A DNA stretch of 64,000 bases from the human T2T-CHM13v2.0 reference genome, Homo sapiens, in the NCBI RefSeq assembly GCF_009914755.1, contig NC_060933.1; one strand, 5' to 3'. The notes beneath the pieces were generated by a model. It did no database searches. It had not been told where the DNA came from and worked only from the letters and a program-made list of their open reading frames with translations. Shown here piece after piece: positions 26,300 to 41,100 of the stretch (position 1 is its first letter; every line of letters begins with the position of its first letter). The position numbers and the translations under genes are program-made.

Positions 26300-29200
26300 A
26301 TTCCATTCCACTCCATTCCATTGCACTCGGGTTGATTCCATTCCATTCCATTCCATTCCATTCCATTCCATTCCGGATGATTCCATTCCATTGCATTCCG
26401 TTCCATTACATTCCCCTGCACTCGCGTTGATTCCATTCCATTCCATTCAATTCCATTAAATTACAATTCGTTACATTCCATTCTATTCCGTACCATTCCA
26501 TTCCATTCCATACCATTCCATTCCATTCCATTCCATTCCATTCCGTTCCATTCCGTTCCATTGCATTCCATTCCATTCTATTCGGGTTCATTCTATTCCA
26601 TTCCATTCCAATCCATTCTATTCCATTCCATTGCAATCGAGTTGAATCCATTACATTTCATTCCATTCCATTCCATTCCACTCCGGAAGATTCCATTCCA
26701 TTGCATTCCATTCCATTCCATTCCCCTGCACTCGCGTTGATTAGATTCCATTCCATTCCATTCCATTCCATTCCGTTCCGTTCCATTCCATTCCATTCCA
26801 TTCCATTCCAATCCATTCCATTCCGTTCCTTTCCATTCCATTCCATTTCATTCCATTCGGGTTAATTCCATTCCATTCCATTCGATTGCAATCGAGTTGA
26901 TTCCATTCCATTCGATTCCATTCGATTGCACTCGGGTTGATTCCATTCCATTGCATTCCATTCCATTCCATTCCATTCCATTCCATTCCATTCCATTCCA
27001 TTCCGTTCCATTCCTTTCCATTACATTCGGATTGATTCTATTCAATTCCCTTACACTCCATTACATTCCATTCCATTCGGGTAGTTTCCACTCCATTCCA
27101 TTCCATTTCTCTCCATTCCATTGCACTCGGGTTGATTCCATTCCATTGCATTCCACTCCATTCGGGTAGTTTCCACTCCATTCCATTTCATTCCTCTCCA
27201 TTCCATTGCACTCGGGTTGATTCCATTCCATTGCATTCCATTCCATTCCATTCAATTCCATTCCGTTCCATTCCATTCCATTACATTCGGATTGATTCTA
27301 ATCAACTCCCTTACTCTCCATTACATTCCATTCCATTCGGGTTGTTCCATTCCATTCCATTCCATTCCACTCCATTCCATTGCACTCGGGTTGATTCCAT
27401 TCCATTCCATTCCATTCCATTCCGGAAGATTCCATTCCATTGCATTCCATTACATTCCATTCCCCTGCACTCGCGTTGATTCCATTCCATTCCATTCCAT
27501 TCCATTCCATTCCGTTCCGTTCCATTCCATTCCATTCCATTCCATTCCGTTCCGTTCCATTCCATTCCATTCCATTCTATTCGGGTTAATTCCATTCCAT
27601 TCCATTCTATTGCAATCGTGTTGATTCCATTCCATTCCATTCCATTCCATTCCATTCTATTTGGGTTAATTCCATTCCATTCCATTCTATTGCAATCGTG
27701 TTGATTCCATTCCATTCCATTCCATTCCATTCCATTCCTTTCCATTCCATTACGGATGATTCCATTCCATTGCATTCCATTCCATTCCATTCCCCTGTAC
27801 TCGGGTTGATTCCATTCCATTGCATTCCAACCCATGCCCTTCCACTCGTGTTGATTCCATTCTTTCCATTCCATTCAAGTTGAATCCATTCCATTGCATT
27901 CCATTCCATTCGATTCCATTCGATTGCACTCGGGTTGATTCCATTCCATTGCATTCCATTCCATTCAATTCTATTCCATTCCATTCCATTCCGTTCCATT
28001 CCATTCCATTACATTCGGATTGATTCTATTCAATTCCCTTACACTCCATTACATTCCATTCCATTCGGGTAGTTTCCATTCCATTCCATTCCATTCCTCT
28101 CCATTCCATTGCACTCGGGTTGATTCCATTCCATTGCATTCCATTCCATTCCATTCAATTCCATTCCGTTCCATTCCATTCCATTACATTCGGATTGATT
28201 CTATTCAACTCCCTTACTCTCCATTACATTCCATTCCATTCGGGTTGTTCCATTCCATTCCATTCCATTCCACTCCATTCCATTGCACTCGGGTTTATTC
28301 CACTCCATTCCATTCCATTCTATTCCATTCCATTCCATTCCATTCCATTCCATTCCATTCCATTCCGTTCCATTCCATTCCATTCCATTCCATTCCATTC
28401 AGTTCCGTTCCGTTCCGTTCCATTCCATTCCATTCCATTCTATTCGGGTTAATTCCATTCCATTCCATTCGACTGCAATCGAGTTGATTCCATTCCATTC
28501 CATTCCATTCCATTCCATTCCATTCCATTCCATTCCTTTCCATTCCGTTACGGATGATTCCATTCCATTGCATTCCATTCCATTCCATTCCCCTGTACTC
28601 GGGTTGATTCCATTCCATTCCATTCCAATCGATGCCATTCCACTCGTGTTGATTCCATTCTTTCCAATCCATTTAAGTTGAATCCATTCCATTGCATTCC
28701 ATTCCATTCCATTCCCCTGCAGTCGGGTTGATTCCATTCCATTCCATTCCATTCCATTCCATTCCGTTCCGTTCCGTTCCATTCCATTCCATTCCATTCT
28801 ATTTGGGTTAATTCCATTCCATTCCATTCCATTCCATTCCATTCCAATCGAGTTGATTCCATTCCATTCCATTCCATTACATTCCACTCCATTCCAGTCC
28901 TTTCCATTCCGTTCCACTCGGGTTGATTCCAATGTATTCCTTTCCATTCCATTCCATTCCATTGCAATCGAGTTGATTCCATTGCTTTGCATTCCTTTCC
29001 ATTCCATTCCATTCCGGATGATTCCATTCCATTGCATTCCATTCCATTCCATTCCCCTGCACTCGGGTTGATTCCATTCCATTCCATTCCGTTCCGTTCC
29101 ATTCCATTCCATTCCATTCTATTCGGGTTAATTCCATTCCATTCCATTCGATTGCAATCGTGTTGATTCCATTCCATTGCATTCCATTCCATTCCATTCC

Positions 29201-30900
29201 CCTGTACTCGGGTTGATTCCATTCCATTGCATTCTAATCCATGCCCTTCCACTCGTGTTGATTCCATTCATTCCATTCCATTCAAGTTGAATCCATTCCA
29301 TTGCATTCCATTCCATTCGATTCCATTCGATTGCACTCGGGTTGATTCCATTCCATTGCATTCCATTCCATTCCATTCCATTCCATTACATTCGGATTGA
29401 TTCTATTCAATTCCCTTACACTCCATTACATTCCATTCCATTCGGGTAGTTTCCATTCCATTCCATTCCATTCCTCTCCATTCCATTGCACTCGGGTTGA
29501 TTCCATTCCATTGCATTCCATTCCATTCCATTCAATTCCATTCCGTTCCATTCCATTCCATTAAATTCGGATTGATTCTATTCAACTCCCTTACTCTCCA
29601 TTACATTCCATTGCATTCGGGCTGTTCCATTCCATTCCATTCCATTCCACTCCATTCCATTGCACTCGGGTTGATTCCATTCCATTCCATTCCGGAAGAT
29701 TCCATTCCATTGCATTCCATTCCATTCCATTCCCCTGCACTCGCGTTGATTCCATTCCATTCCATTCCATTCCATTCCTTTCCGTTCCATTCCATTCCAT
29801 TCCATTCCATTCCATTCCATTCCATTCCGTTCCGTTCCGTTCCATTCCATTCCATTCCATTCTATTCGGGTTAATTCCATTCCATTCCATTCGATTGCAA
29901 TCAAGTTGATTCCATTCCATTCCATTCCATTCCATTCCATTCCATTCCATTCCATTCCGGATGATTCCATTCCAATGCATTCCATTCCATTCCATTCCCC
30001 TGTACTCGGGTTCATTCCATTCCATTCCATTCCAATCCATGCCATTCCACTCGTGTTGATTCCATTCTTTCCATTCCAGTCAAGTTGAATCCATTCCATT
30101 GCATTCCATTCCATTCCATTCCCCTGCAGTCGGGTTGATTCCATTCCATTCCATTCCATTCCATTCCGTTCCGTTCCGTTCCATTCCATTCCATTCCATT
30201 CTATTCGGGTTAATTCCATTCCATTCCATTCCTTTCCATTCCATTCCAATCGAGTTGATTCCATTCCATTCCATTCCATTCCATTCCATTCCATTCCACT
30301 CCGTTCCAGTCCTTTCCATTCCATTCCACTCGGGTTGATTCCAATGTATTCCTTTCCATTCCATTCCATTCCATTGCAATCGAGTTGATTCCATTGCTTT
30401 GCATTCCATTCCATTCCATTCCATTCCGGATGATTCCATTCCATTGCATTCCATTCCATTCCATTCCCCTGCACTCGGGTTGATTCCATTCCATTCCATT
30501 CCGTTCCGTTCCATTCCATTCCATTCCATTCTATTCGGGTTAATTCCATTCCATTCCATTCGATTGCAATCGTGTTGATTCCATTCCATTCCATTCCATT
30601 CCATTCGATTCCATTCCATTCCTTTCCATTCCATTATGGATGATTCCATTCCATTGCATTCCATTCCATTCCATTCCCCTGTACTCGGGTTGACTCCATT
30701 CCATTGCATTCCAATCCATGCCCTTCCACTCGTGTTGATTCCATTCTTTCCATTCCGTTCAAGTTGAATCCACTCCATTGCATTCCATTCCATTCGATTC
30801 CATTCGATTGCACTCGGGTTGATTCCATTCCATTGCATTCCATTCCATTCCATTCCATTCCATTCCATTCCGTTCCATTCCATTCCATTACATTCAGATT
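26300..30900 (+). repeat. Internal duplication block B, copy 2
   Basis: The same diagnostic variants appear in the same order. ORF pairs 6698/26406, 7424/27132, 8322/28020, 9894/29497 and 11101/30704 give offsets of 19708, then 19698, then 19603. Confidence 0.88.
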
Positions 30901-31029
30901 GATTCTATTCAATTCCCTTACACTCCATTACATTCCATTCCATTCGGGTAGTTTCCATTCCATTCCATTCCATTCCTCTCCATTCCATTGCACTCGGGTT
31001 GATTCCATTCCATTGCATTCCATTCCATT

Positions 31030-33890
31030 CCACTCAATTCCATTCCGTTCCATTCCATTCCATTACATTCGGATTGATTCTATTCAACTCCCTTACTCTT
31101 CATTACATTCCATTCCATTTGGGTTGTTCCATTCCATTCCATTCCATTCCACTCCATTCCATTGCACTCGGGTTTATTCAATTCCATTCCATTTCATTCC
31201 ATTCCATTCCATTCCAATCCGGAAGATTCCATTCCATTGCATTCCATTCCGTTCCATTCCCCTGCACTCGCGTTCATTCCATTCCATTCCATTAAATTCC
31301 ATTCCATTCCATTCCATTCCTTTCCGTTCCATTCCATTCCTTTCCATTCGATTGCAATGGAGTTGATTCCATTCCATTCCATTCCATTCCATTCCATTCC
31401 ATTCCATTCCTTTCCATTCCATTACGGATGATTCCATTCCATTGCATTACATTCCATTCCATTCCCCTGTACTCGGGTTGATTCGTTTCCTTTCCATTCC
31501 ATTCCATTCTATTCCATTCCATTCCATTCCATTCCGGAAGTTTCCATTCCATTGCATTCCATTCCATTCCATTCCCCTGCACTCGCGTTGATTCCATTCC
31601 ATTCCATTCCATTCCATTCCATTCCATTCCATTCCATTCCGATCCGTTCCATTCCATTCCATTCCATTCCATTCCGTTCCGTTCCATTCCATTCCATTCC
31701 ATTCCATTCTATTCGGGTTAATTCCATTCCATTCCATTGAATTGCAATCGAGTTGATTCCATTCCATTCCATTCCATTCCATTCCATTCCATTCCATTCC
31801 TTTCCATTACATTACGGGTGTTTCCATTCCATTTCATTCCATTCCATTCCATTCCCCTGTACTCGGGTTGATTCTATTCCATTCTATTCCAATCCATGCC
31901 ATTCCACTCGTGTTGATTCCATTCTTTCCATTCCATTCAAGTTGAATCCATTCCGTTGCATTCCATTCCATTCGATTCCATTCGATTGCACTCGGGTTGA
32001 TTCCATGGCATTGCTTTCCATTCCATTCCATTCCATTCCATTCGGATTCATTCTATTCAATTCCCTTACACTCCATTACATTCCAATCCATTCGTGTAGT
32101 TTCCATTCCATTCCATTCCATTCCTCTCCATTCCATTGCACTCGGGTTGATTCCATTCCATTCCATTCCATTCCATTCCATTCCATTCCATTCCGGATGA
32201 TTCCATTCCATTGAATTCCATTCCATTCCATTCCCCTGCACTTGGGTTGATTCCATTCCATTCCATTCCATTCCTTTCTGTTCCATTGCATTCCATTCCA
32301 TTCCATTCTACTCGTGTTAATTCCGTTCCATTCTATTCCATTCCATTCCATTGAAATCGAGTTGATTCCATTCCATTCAATTCCATTCCATTCCATTCCA
32401 TTACATTCCATTCCATTCGGGATGATTCCATTCCATTGCATTCCATTCCATTCCATTCCCCTGCACTCGGGTTGATTCCATTCCGTTCCATTCCATTACA
32501 TTCCATTCCATTCCGTTCCATTTCATTCTATTCGGGTTAATTCCATTCCATTCCATTCCACTCCATTCCAGTCCTTTCCATTCCATTCCACTCGGGTTGA
32601 TTCCATTCTATTCCTTTCAAATCCATTCCATTCCATTGCAATCGAGTGGATTCCATTCCAGTTGAATCCATTCCGTTCCATTCCATTCCATTCCATTCCA
32701 TTGCACACGGGTTCATTCCATTCCATTCCATTCCATTACATTCCATTCCATTCCATTCCATTTCATTCCATTCCATTCTATTCCGTACCATTCCATTCCA
32801 TCCCATTCCATTCCGTTCCATTCCATGCCATTACACTCGGGTTGATTCCATTCCTTTCCATTCCATTCTTGTTGAATCCATTCCATTCCATTCCATTCGA
32901 ATCCATTCCATTGCACTCGGGTTGATTCCATTCCTTTCCATTCCATTCCATTTCATTCCATTCCATTCCGTTACATTCGGATTGATTCTATTCAATTCCC
33001 TTACACTCCATTACATTCCATTCCATTCGGGATGTTTCCATTCCATTCCATTCCATTCCACTCCATTCCATTGCATCAGGTTGATTGCATTCCATTCCAT
33101 TCCATTCCATTCCGGATGATTCCATTCCATTGCATTCCATTCCATTCCATTCCCCTGCACTCGGGTTGATTCCATTCCATTCCATTCCATTCCATTCCAT
33201 TCCATTCCATTCCATTCCATTCCGTTCCATTGCATTCCATTCCATTCTATTCCGGTTAATTCCATTCCATTCCATTCGATTCCATTCCATTCCATTCCAT
33301 TCCATTGCAGTCGGGTTGATTCCATTCCATTCCATTCCATTCCATTCCATTCCATTCCATTCCTTTCCGTTCCATTCCATTCCATTCCATTCTATTCGGG
33401 TTATTTCCATTCCATTCCATTCCATTCCATTCCATTCCATTCCGTTCCATTCCATTCCATTCCATTCTATTCGGGTTAATTCCATTCCTTTCCATTCCAT
33501 TCCATTCCATTCCATTCCATTCCAATCGAGTTGATTCCATTCCATTCCATTCCATTCCATTCCATTCCACTACATTCCAGTCCTTTCCATTCCATTACAC
33601 TCGGGTTGATTCCATTCCATTCCTTTCCATTCCATTCCATTCCAGTGCAATCGAGTTGATTCCATTGCTTTTCATTCCATTCCATTCCATTCCATTCCTT
33701 TCCGGATGATTCCATTCCATTGCATTCCATTCCATTCCATTCCCCTGCACTCGGGTTGATTCCATTCCATTCCACTCCATTCCGTTCCATTCCATTCCAT
33801 TCCATTGTATTCGGGTTAATTCCATTCCATTCCATTCCATTCCATTCCATTCCATTCCATTCCATTCCATTCCATTACAATCGAGTTGAT
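31030..33890 (+). repeat. Internal duplication block C, copy 1 (about 2.9 kb)
   Basis: Near-identical to 35315-38170. Identical ORF translations at 31162/35447, 31753/36048, 32646/36941 and 33085/37380 (offset 4285-4295). Confidence 0.9.
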
Positions 33891-35314
33891 TCCATTCCAT
33901 TCCATTCCATTCCATTCCATTCCATTCCATTCCATTCCGGATGATTCCATTCCATTCCATTCCGTTCCATTCCATTCCATTGTACTCAGGTTGATTCCAT
34001 TCCATTGCATTCCATTCCATTCCATTCCATTCCATTCCATTCCATTCCATTCCGGATGATTCCATTCCATTCCATTCCGTTCCATTCCATTCCATTGTAC
34101 TCAGGTTGATTCCATTCCATTGCATTCCATTCCATTCCATTCCATTTCATTCCGTTTCATTCCATTCCATTACATTCGGATTGATTCTATTCAATTCCCT
34201 TACTCTCCTTTACATTCTATTCCATTCGGGTTGTTCCATTCCATTCCATTCCATTCCACTCCATTCCTTTGCACTCGGGTTGATTCCATTCCATTCCATT
34301 CCATTCCATTCCATTCCATTCCGGATGATTCCATTCCATTGCATTCCGTTCCATTACATTCCCCTGCACTCGCGTTGATTCCATTCCATTCCATTCAATT
34401 CCATTCCATTACAATTCGTTCCATTCCATTCTATTCCGTACCATTCCATTCCATTCCATACCATTCCATTGCATTCCATTCCATTCCATTCCTTTCCATT
34501 CCGTTCCATTGCATTCTATTCGGGTTAATTCCATTCCATTCCATTCCATTCCATTCCATTCTATTCCATTCCATTGCAATCGAGTTGAATCCATTGCATT
34601 TCATTCCGTTCCATTCCATTCCATTCCATTCCGGAAGATTCCTTTCCATTGCATTCCATTCCATTCCATTCCCCTGCACTCGCGTTGATTCCATTCCATT
34701 CCATTCCATTCCATTCCATTCCATTCCGTTCCGTTCCATTCCATTCCATTCCATTCCATTCCATTCCATTCCGTTCCGTTCCATTCCATTCCATTCCATT
34801 CTAGTCGGGTTAATTCCATTCCATTCCATTCGATTGTAATCGTGTTGATTCCATTCCATTCCATTCCATTCCATTCCATTCCATTCCATTCCATTCCTTT
34901 CCATTCCATTACGGATGATTCCATTTCATTGCATTCCATTCCATTCCATTCCCCTGTACTCGGGTTGATTCCATTCCATTGCATTCCAATCCATGCCCTT
35001 CCACTCTTGTTGATTCCATTCATTCCATTCCATTCAAGTTGAATCCATTCCATTGCATTCCATTCCATTCGATTCCATTCGATTGCACTCGGGTTGATTC
35101 CATTCCATTGCATTCCATTCCTTTCCATTCCTTTCCATTCCATTCCATTCCATTCCGTTCCATTCCATTCCATTACATTCGGATTGATTCTATTCAATTC
35201 CCTTACACTCCATTACATTCCATTCCATTCGGGTAGTTTCCATTCCATTCCATTCCATTCCTCTCCATTCCATTGCACTCGGGTTGATTCCATTCCATTG
35301 CATTCCATTCCATT

Positions 35315-38170
35315 CCACTCAATTCCATTCCGTTCCATTCCATTCCATTACATTCGGATTGATTCTATTCAACTCCCTTACTCTTCATTACATTCCATTC
35401 CATTTGGGTTGTTCCATTCCATTCCATTCCATTCCACTCCATTCCATTGCACTCGGGTTTATTCAATTCCATTCCATTTCATTCCATTCCATTCCATTCC
35501 AATCCGGAAGATTCCATTCCATTGCATTCCATTCCGTTCCATTCCCCTGCACTCGCGTTCATTCCATTCCATTCCATTAAATTCCATTCCATTCCATTCC
35601 ATTCCTTTCCGTTCCATTCCATTCCTTTCCATTCGATTGCAATGGAGTTGATTCCATTCCATTCCATTCCATTCCATTCCATTCCATTCCATTCCTTTCC
35701 ATTCCATTACGGATGATTCCATTCCATTGCATTACATTCCATTCCATTCCCCTGTACTCGGGTTGATTCGTTTCCTTTCCATTCCATTCCATTCTATTCC
35801 ATTCCATTCCATTCCATTCCGGAAGTTTCCATTAAATTGCATTCCATTCCATTCCATTCCCCTGCACTCGCGTTGATTCCATTCCATTCCATTCCATTCC
35901 ATTCCATTCCATTCCATTCCATTCCATTCCATTCCGATCCGTTCCATTCCATTCCATTCCATTCCATTCTGTTCCGTTCCATTCCATTCCATTCCATTCC
36001 ATTCTATTCGGGTTAATTCCATTCCATTCCATTGAATTGCAATCGAGTTGATTCCATTCCATTCCATTCCATTCCATTCCATTCCATTCCATTCCTTTCC
36101 ATTACATTACGGGTGTTTCCATTCCATTTCATTCCATTCCATTCCATTCCCCTGTACTCGGGTTGATTCTATTCCATTCTATTCCAATCCATGCCATTCC
36201 ACTCGTGTTGATTCCATTCTTTCCATTCCATTCAAGTTGAATCCATTCCGTTGCATTCCATTCCATTCGATTCCATTCGATTGCACTCGGGTTGATTCCA
36301 TGGCATTGCTTTCCATTCCATTCCATTCCATTCCATTCGGATTCATTCTATTCAATTCCCTTACACTCCATTACATTCCAATCCATTCGTGTAGTTTCCA
36401 TTCCATTCCATTCCATTCCTCTCCATTCCATTGCACTCGGGTTGATTCCATTCCATTCCATTCCATTCCATTCCATTCCATTCCATTCCGGATGATTCCA
36501 TTCCATTGAATTCCATTCCATTCCATTCCCCTGCACTTGGGTTGATTCCATTCCATTCCATTCCATTCCTTTCTGTTCCATTGCATTCCATTCCATTCCA
36601 TTCTACTCGTGTTAATTCCGTTCCATTCTATTCCATTCCATTCCATTGAAATCGAGTTGATTCCATTCCATTCAATTCCATTCCATTCCATTCCATTACA
36701 TTCCATTCCATTCGGGATGATTCCATTCCATTGCATTCCATTCCATTCCATTCCCCTGCACTCGGGTTGATTCCATTCCGTTCCATTCCATTACATTCCA
36801 TTCCATTCCGTTCCATTTCATTCTATTCGGGTTAATTCCATTCCATTCCATTCCACTCCATTCCAGTCCTTTCCATTCCATTCCACTCGGGTTGATTCCA
36901 TTCTATTCCTTTCAAATCCATTCCATTCCATTGCAATCGAGTGGATTCCATTCCAGTTGAATCCATTCCGTTCCATTCCATTCCATTCCATTCCATTGCA
37001 CACGGGTTCATTCCATTCCATTCCATTCCATTACATTCCATTCCATTCCATTCCATTTCATTCCATTCCATTCTATTCCGTACCATTCCATTCCATCCCA
37101 TTCCATTCCGTTCCATTCCATGCCATTACACTCGGGTTGATTCCATTCCTTTCCATTCCATTCTTGTTGAATCCATTCCATTCCATTCCATTCGAATCCA
37201 TTCCATTGCACTCGGGTTGATTCCATTCCTTTCCATTCCATTCCATTTCATTCCATTCCATTCCGTTACATTCGGATTGATTCTATTCAATTCCCTTACA
37301 CTCCATTACATTCCATTCCATTCGGGATGTTTCCATTCCATTCCATTCCATTCCACTCCATTCCATTGCATCAGGTTGATTGCATTCCATTCCATTCCAT
37401 TCCATTCCGGATGATTCCATTCCATTGCATTCCATTCCATTCCATTCCCCTGCACTCGGGTTGATTCCATTCCATTCCATTCCATTCCATTCCATTCCAT
37501 TCCATTCCATTCCATTCCGTTCCATTGCATTCCATTCCATTCTATTCCGGTTAATTCCATTCCATTCCATTCGATTCCATTCCATTCCATTCCATTCCAT
37601 TGCAGTCGGGTTGATTCCATTCCATTCCATTCCATTCCATTCCATTCCATTCCATTCCTTTCCGTTCCATTCCATTCCATTCCATTCTATTCGGGTTATT
37701 TCCATTCCATTCCATTCCATTCCATTCCATTCCATTCCGTTCCATTCCATTCCATTCCATTCTATTCGGGTTAATTCCATTCCTTTCCATTCCATTCCAT
37801 TCCATTCCATTCCATTCCAATCGAGTTGATTCCATTCCATTCCATTCCATTCCATTCCATTCCACTACATTCCAGTCCTTTCCATTCCATTACACTCGGG
37901 TTGATTCCATTCCATTCCTTTCCATTCCATTCCATTCCAGTGCAATCGAGTTGATTCCATTGCTTTTCATTCCATTCCATTCCATTCCATTCCATTCCGG
38001 ATGATTCCATTCCATTGCATTCCATTCCATTCCATTCCCCTGCACTCGGGTTGATTCCATTCCATTCCACTCCATTCCGTTCCATTCCATTCCATTCCAT
38101 TGTATTCGGGTTAATTCCATTCCATTCCATTCCATTCCATTCCATTCCATTCCATTCCATTACAATCGAG
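35315..38170 (+). repeat. Internal duplication block C, copy 2
   Basis: Shares CCACTCAATT, TTCAAATCC, GAGTGGATT, CGTTACATTCGG, CGGGTTATTTCC and CCACTACATTCCAG with copy 1. Confidence 0.9.
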
Positions 38171-41100
38171 TTGATTCCATTCCATTCCATTCCATTTCAT
38201 TCCATTCCAGTCCTTTCCATTCCATTCCACTCGGGTTGATTCCATTCTATTAGTTTCCATTCCATTCCATTCCCTTCCATTCCACTCTGGTTGATTCCAT
38301 TCCTTTCCATTCCACTCGAATACATTCCCTCCTATTCCACTCGGAACGATTCCATTCCATTCCATTCCATTCCATTCCATTCCATTCCAGTTCGTTCAAT
38401 TCCATTCTACTCCGTACCATTCCATTCCATTCCATTCCTTTCCATTCCATTCCTTTCCACTCGTGTTGATTCCATTCCTTTCCATTCCATTCGGTTTGAA
38501 GGCATTCCATTCCATTCCATTCCATTCCATTCCATTCCATTCCATTCTATTCCATTCCATTGCAATCGAGTTTAATCCATTGCCTTTCATTCCATTCCAT
38601 TCCATTCCATTCCATTCCATTCCGGAAGATTCCATTCCATTCCATTCCATTCCATTCCATTCCCCTGCACTCGCGTTGATTCCATTCCATTCCATTCCAT
38701 TCCATTCCGTTCCGTTCCATTCCATTCCATTCCATACCATTCCTTTCCGTTCCGTTCCGTTCCATTCCATTCCATTCCATTCTATTCGGGTTAATTGCAT
38801 TCCATTCTATTCGATTGCCATCGAGTTGATTCCATTCCATTCCATTCCATTCCATTCCATTCCATTCCATTCCATTCCTTTCCATTCCATTACGGATCAC
38901 TCCATTCCACTGCATTCCATTCCATTCCATTCCCCTGTACTCGGGTTGATTCCATTCCATTCCATTCCACTCCATTCGGTTCCGTTGCATTCCATTCTAT
39001 TGCATTCCATTCTATTCGGGTTAATTCCATTCCATTCTATTCCATTCCATTCCATTCCATTCCATTGCAATGGAGTTGATTCCATTCCATTCCATTCCAT
39101 TCCGGATGATTCCATTCCATTGCATTCCATTCCATTCCATTCCCCTGCACTCGTGTTGATTCCATTCCCTTCCATTCCATTCCATTCCATTCTATTCCGA
39201 TTAATCCATTCCATTCCATTCCATTCCATTCCATTCCATTGCAATCGAGTTGATTCCATTCCATTCCTTTCCATTCCATTCCATTGTCTTGCATTACACT
39301 CGGGTTGATTCCATTCCCTTCTTTCCACTCCATTACATTCCCTTCCATTCCACTCGGAATGATTGATTCCATTCCATTCCATTCCATTTCATTCCATTGC
39401 AATCCATTCCAATCCATTCCATTCCATTCCATTCCACTCTAGTTGACTTCATTCCATTCTTTCCATTCCATTCCATTCCTTTCCATTCCATTCCATTCCA
39501 TTCCTTTCCACTCGAGTTGATTCCATTCCATTCCAATCCATTGCATTCCATTCCATGCCATTCCACTCGGGTTGATTCCATTCCTTTGCATTCCATTCCA
39601 TTCCATTCCATTACATTCCATTCCATTCCATTCCGTTGCATTCCATTCCATTACATTCGGATTGATTCTATTCAACTCCCTTACTCTCCATTACATTCCA
39701 TTCCATTCGGGTTGTTCCATTCCATTCCATTCCATTCCACTCCATTCCATTGCACTCGGGTTGATTCCATTCCATTCCATTCCGGATGATTCCATTCCAT
39801 TGCATTCCGTTCCATTACATTCCCCTGCACTCGGGTTGATACCATTCCGTTCCATTCCATTCCATTCCATTCCGGATGATTCCATTCCATTGCATTCCAT
39901 TCCATTCCATTCCCCTGCACTCGGGTTGATTACATTCCATTTCCTTCCCTTCCATTCCTTTCCATTCCATTCTATTCCATTCTATTCGGGTGAATTCCAT
40001 TCCATTCCATTCCATTCCACTCCATTCCATTCTATTCCATTCCATTCCATTGGAATCGAGTTGATTCCATTCCATTCCATTCCATTCCGTTCCGGATGAT
40101 TCCATTCCATTCCATTCCATTCCATTCCATTCCATTCCATTCCATTCCCCTGCAGTCGGGTTGATTCCATTCTATTCCATTCCATTCCATTCCATTCCGT
40201 TCCGTTCCATTCCATTCCATTCCATTCTATTCGGGTTAATTCCATTCCATTCCATTCCATTCCATTCCAGTCCTTTCCATTCCATTCCACTCGGGTTGAT
40301 TCCATTCTATTAGTTTCCATTCCATTCCATTCCCTTCCATTCCACTCTGGTTGATTCCATTCCTTTCCATTCCACTTGAATACATTCCCTACTATTCCAC
40401 TCGGAACGATTCCATTCCATTCTATTCCATTCCATTCCATTCCATTCCATTCCATTCCAGTTCATTCCATTCCATTCTATTCCGTACCATTCCATTCCAT
40501 TCCATTCATTTCCATTCCATTCCATTCCATTCCGTTCCATTCCATTCCATTACATTCGGATTGATTCTATTCAATTCCCTTACACTCCATTACATTCCAT
40601 TCCATTCGGGTAGTTTCCATTCTATTCCATTCCATTCCTCTCCTTTCCATTGCACTCGGGTTGATTCCATTCCATTCCATTCCATTCCATTCCATTCCAT
40701 TCCATTCCGGAAGATTCCATTCCATTGCATTCCATTCCATTCCATTCCCCTGCACTCGCGTTGATTCCATTCCATTCCATTCCATTCCATTCCATTCCTT
40801 TCCATTCCATTACGGATGATTCCATTCCATTGCATTTCGTTCCATTACATTCCCCTGCACTCGCGTTGATTCCATTCCTTTCCATTCCATTCCATTCCAT
40901 TCCATTCCATTACAATTCGTTCCATTCCATTCTATTCCGTACCATTCCATTCCATTCCATACCATTCCATTCCATTCCATTCCATTCCATTCCGTTCCAT
41001 TCCGTTCCATTCCATTCCATTCCATTCTATTCAAATTAATTCCATTCCATTCCATTCCATTCCATTCCATTCTATTCCATTCCATTGCAATCGAGTTGAA

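Noticed and set aside
39355-39365. GGAAT on the + strand as a possible inversion breakpoint
   Set aside because: It is a single pentamer inside a recurring module (also about 47073 and 48386), and the orientation is unchanged on both sides.
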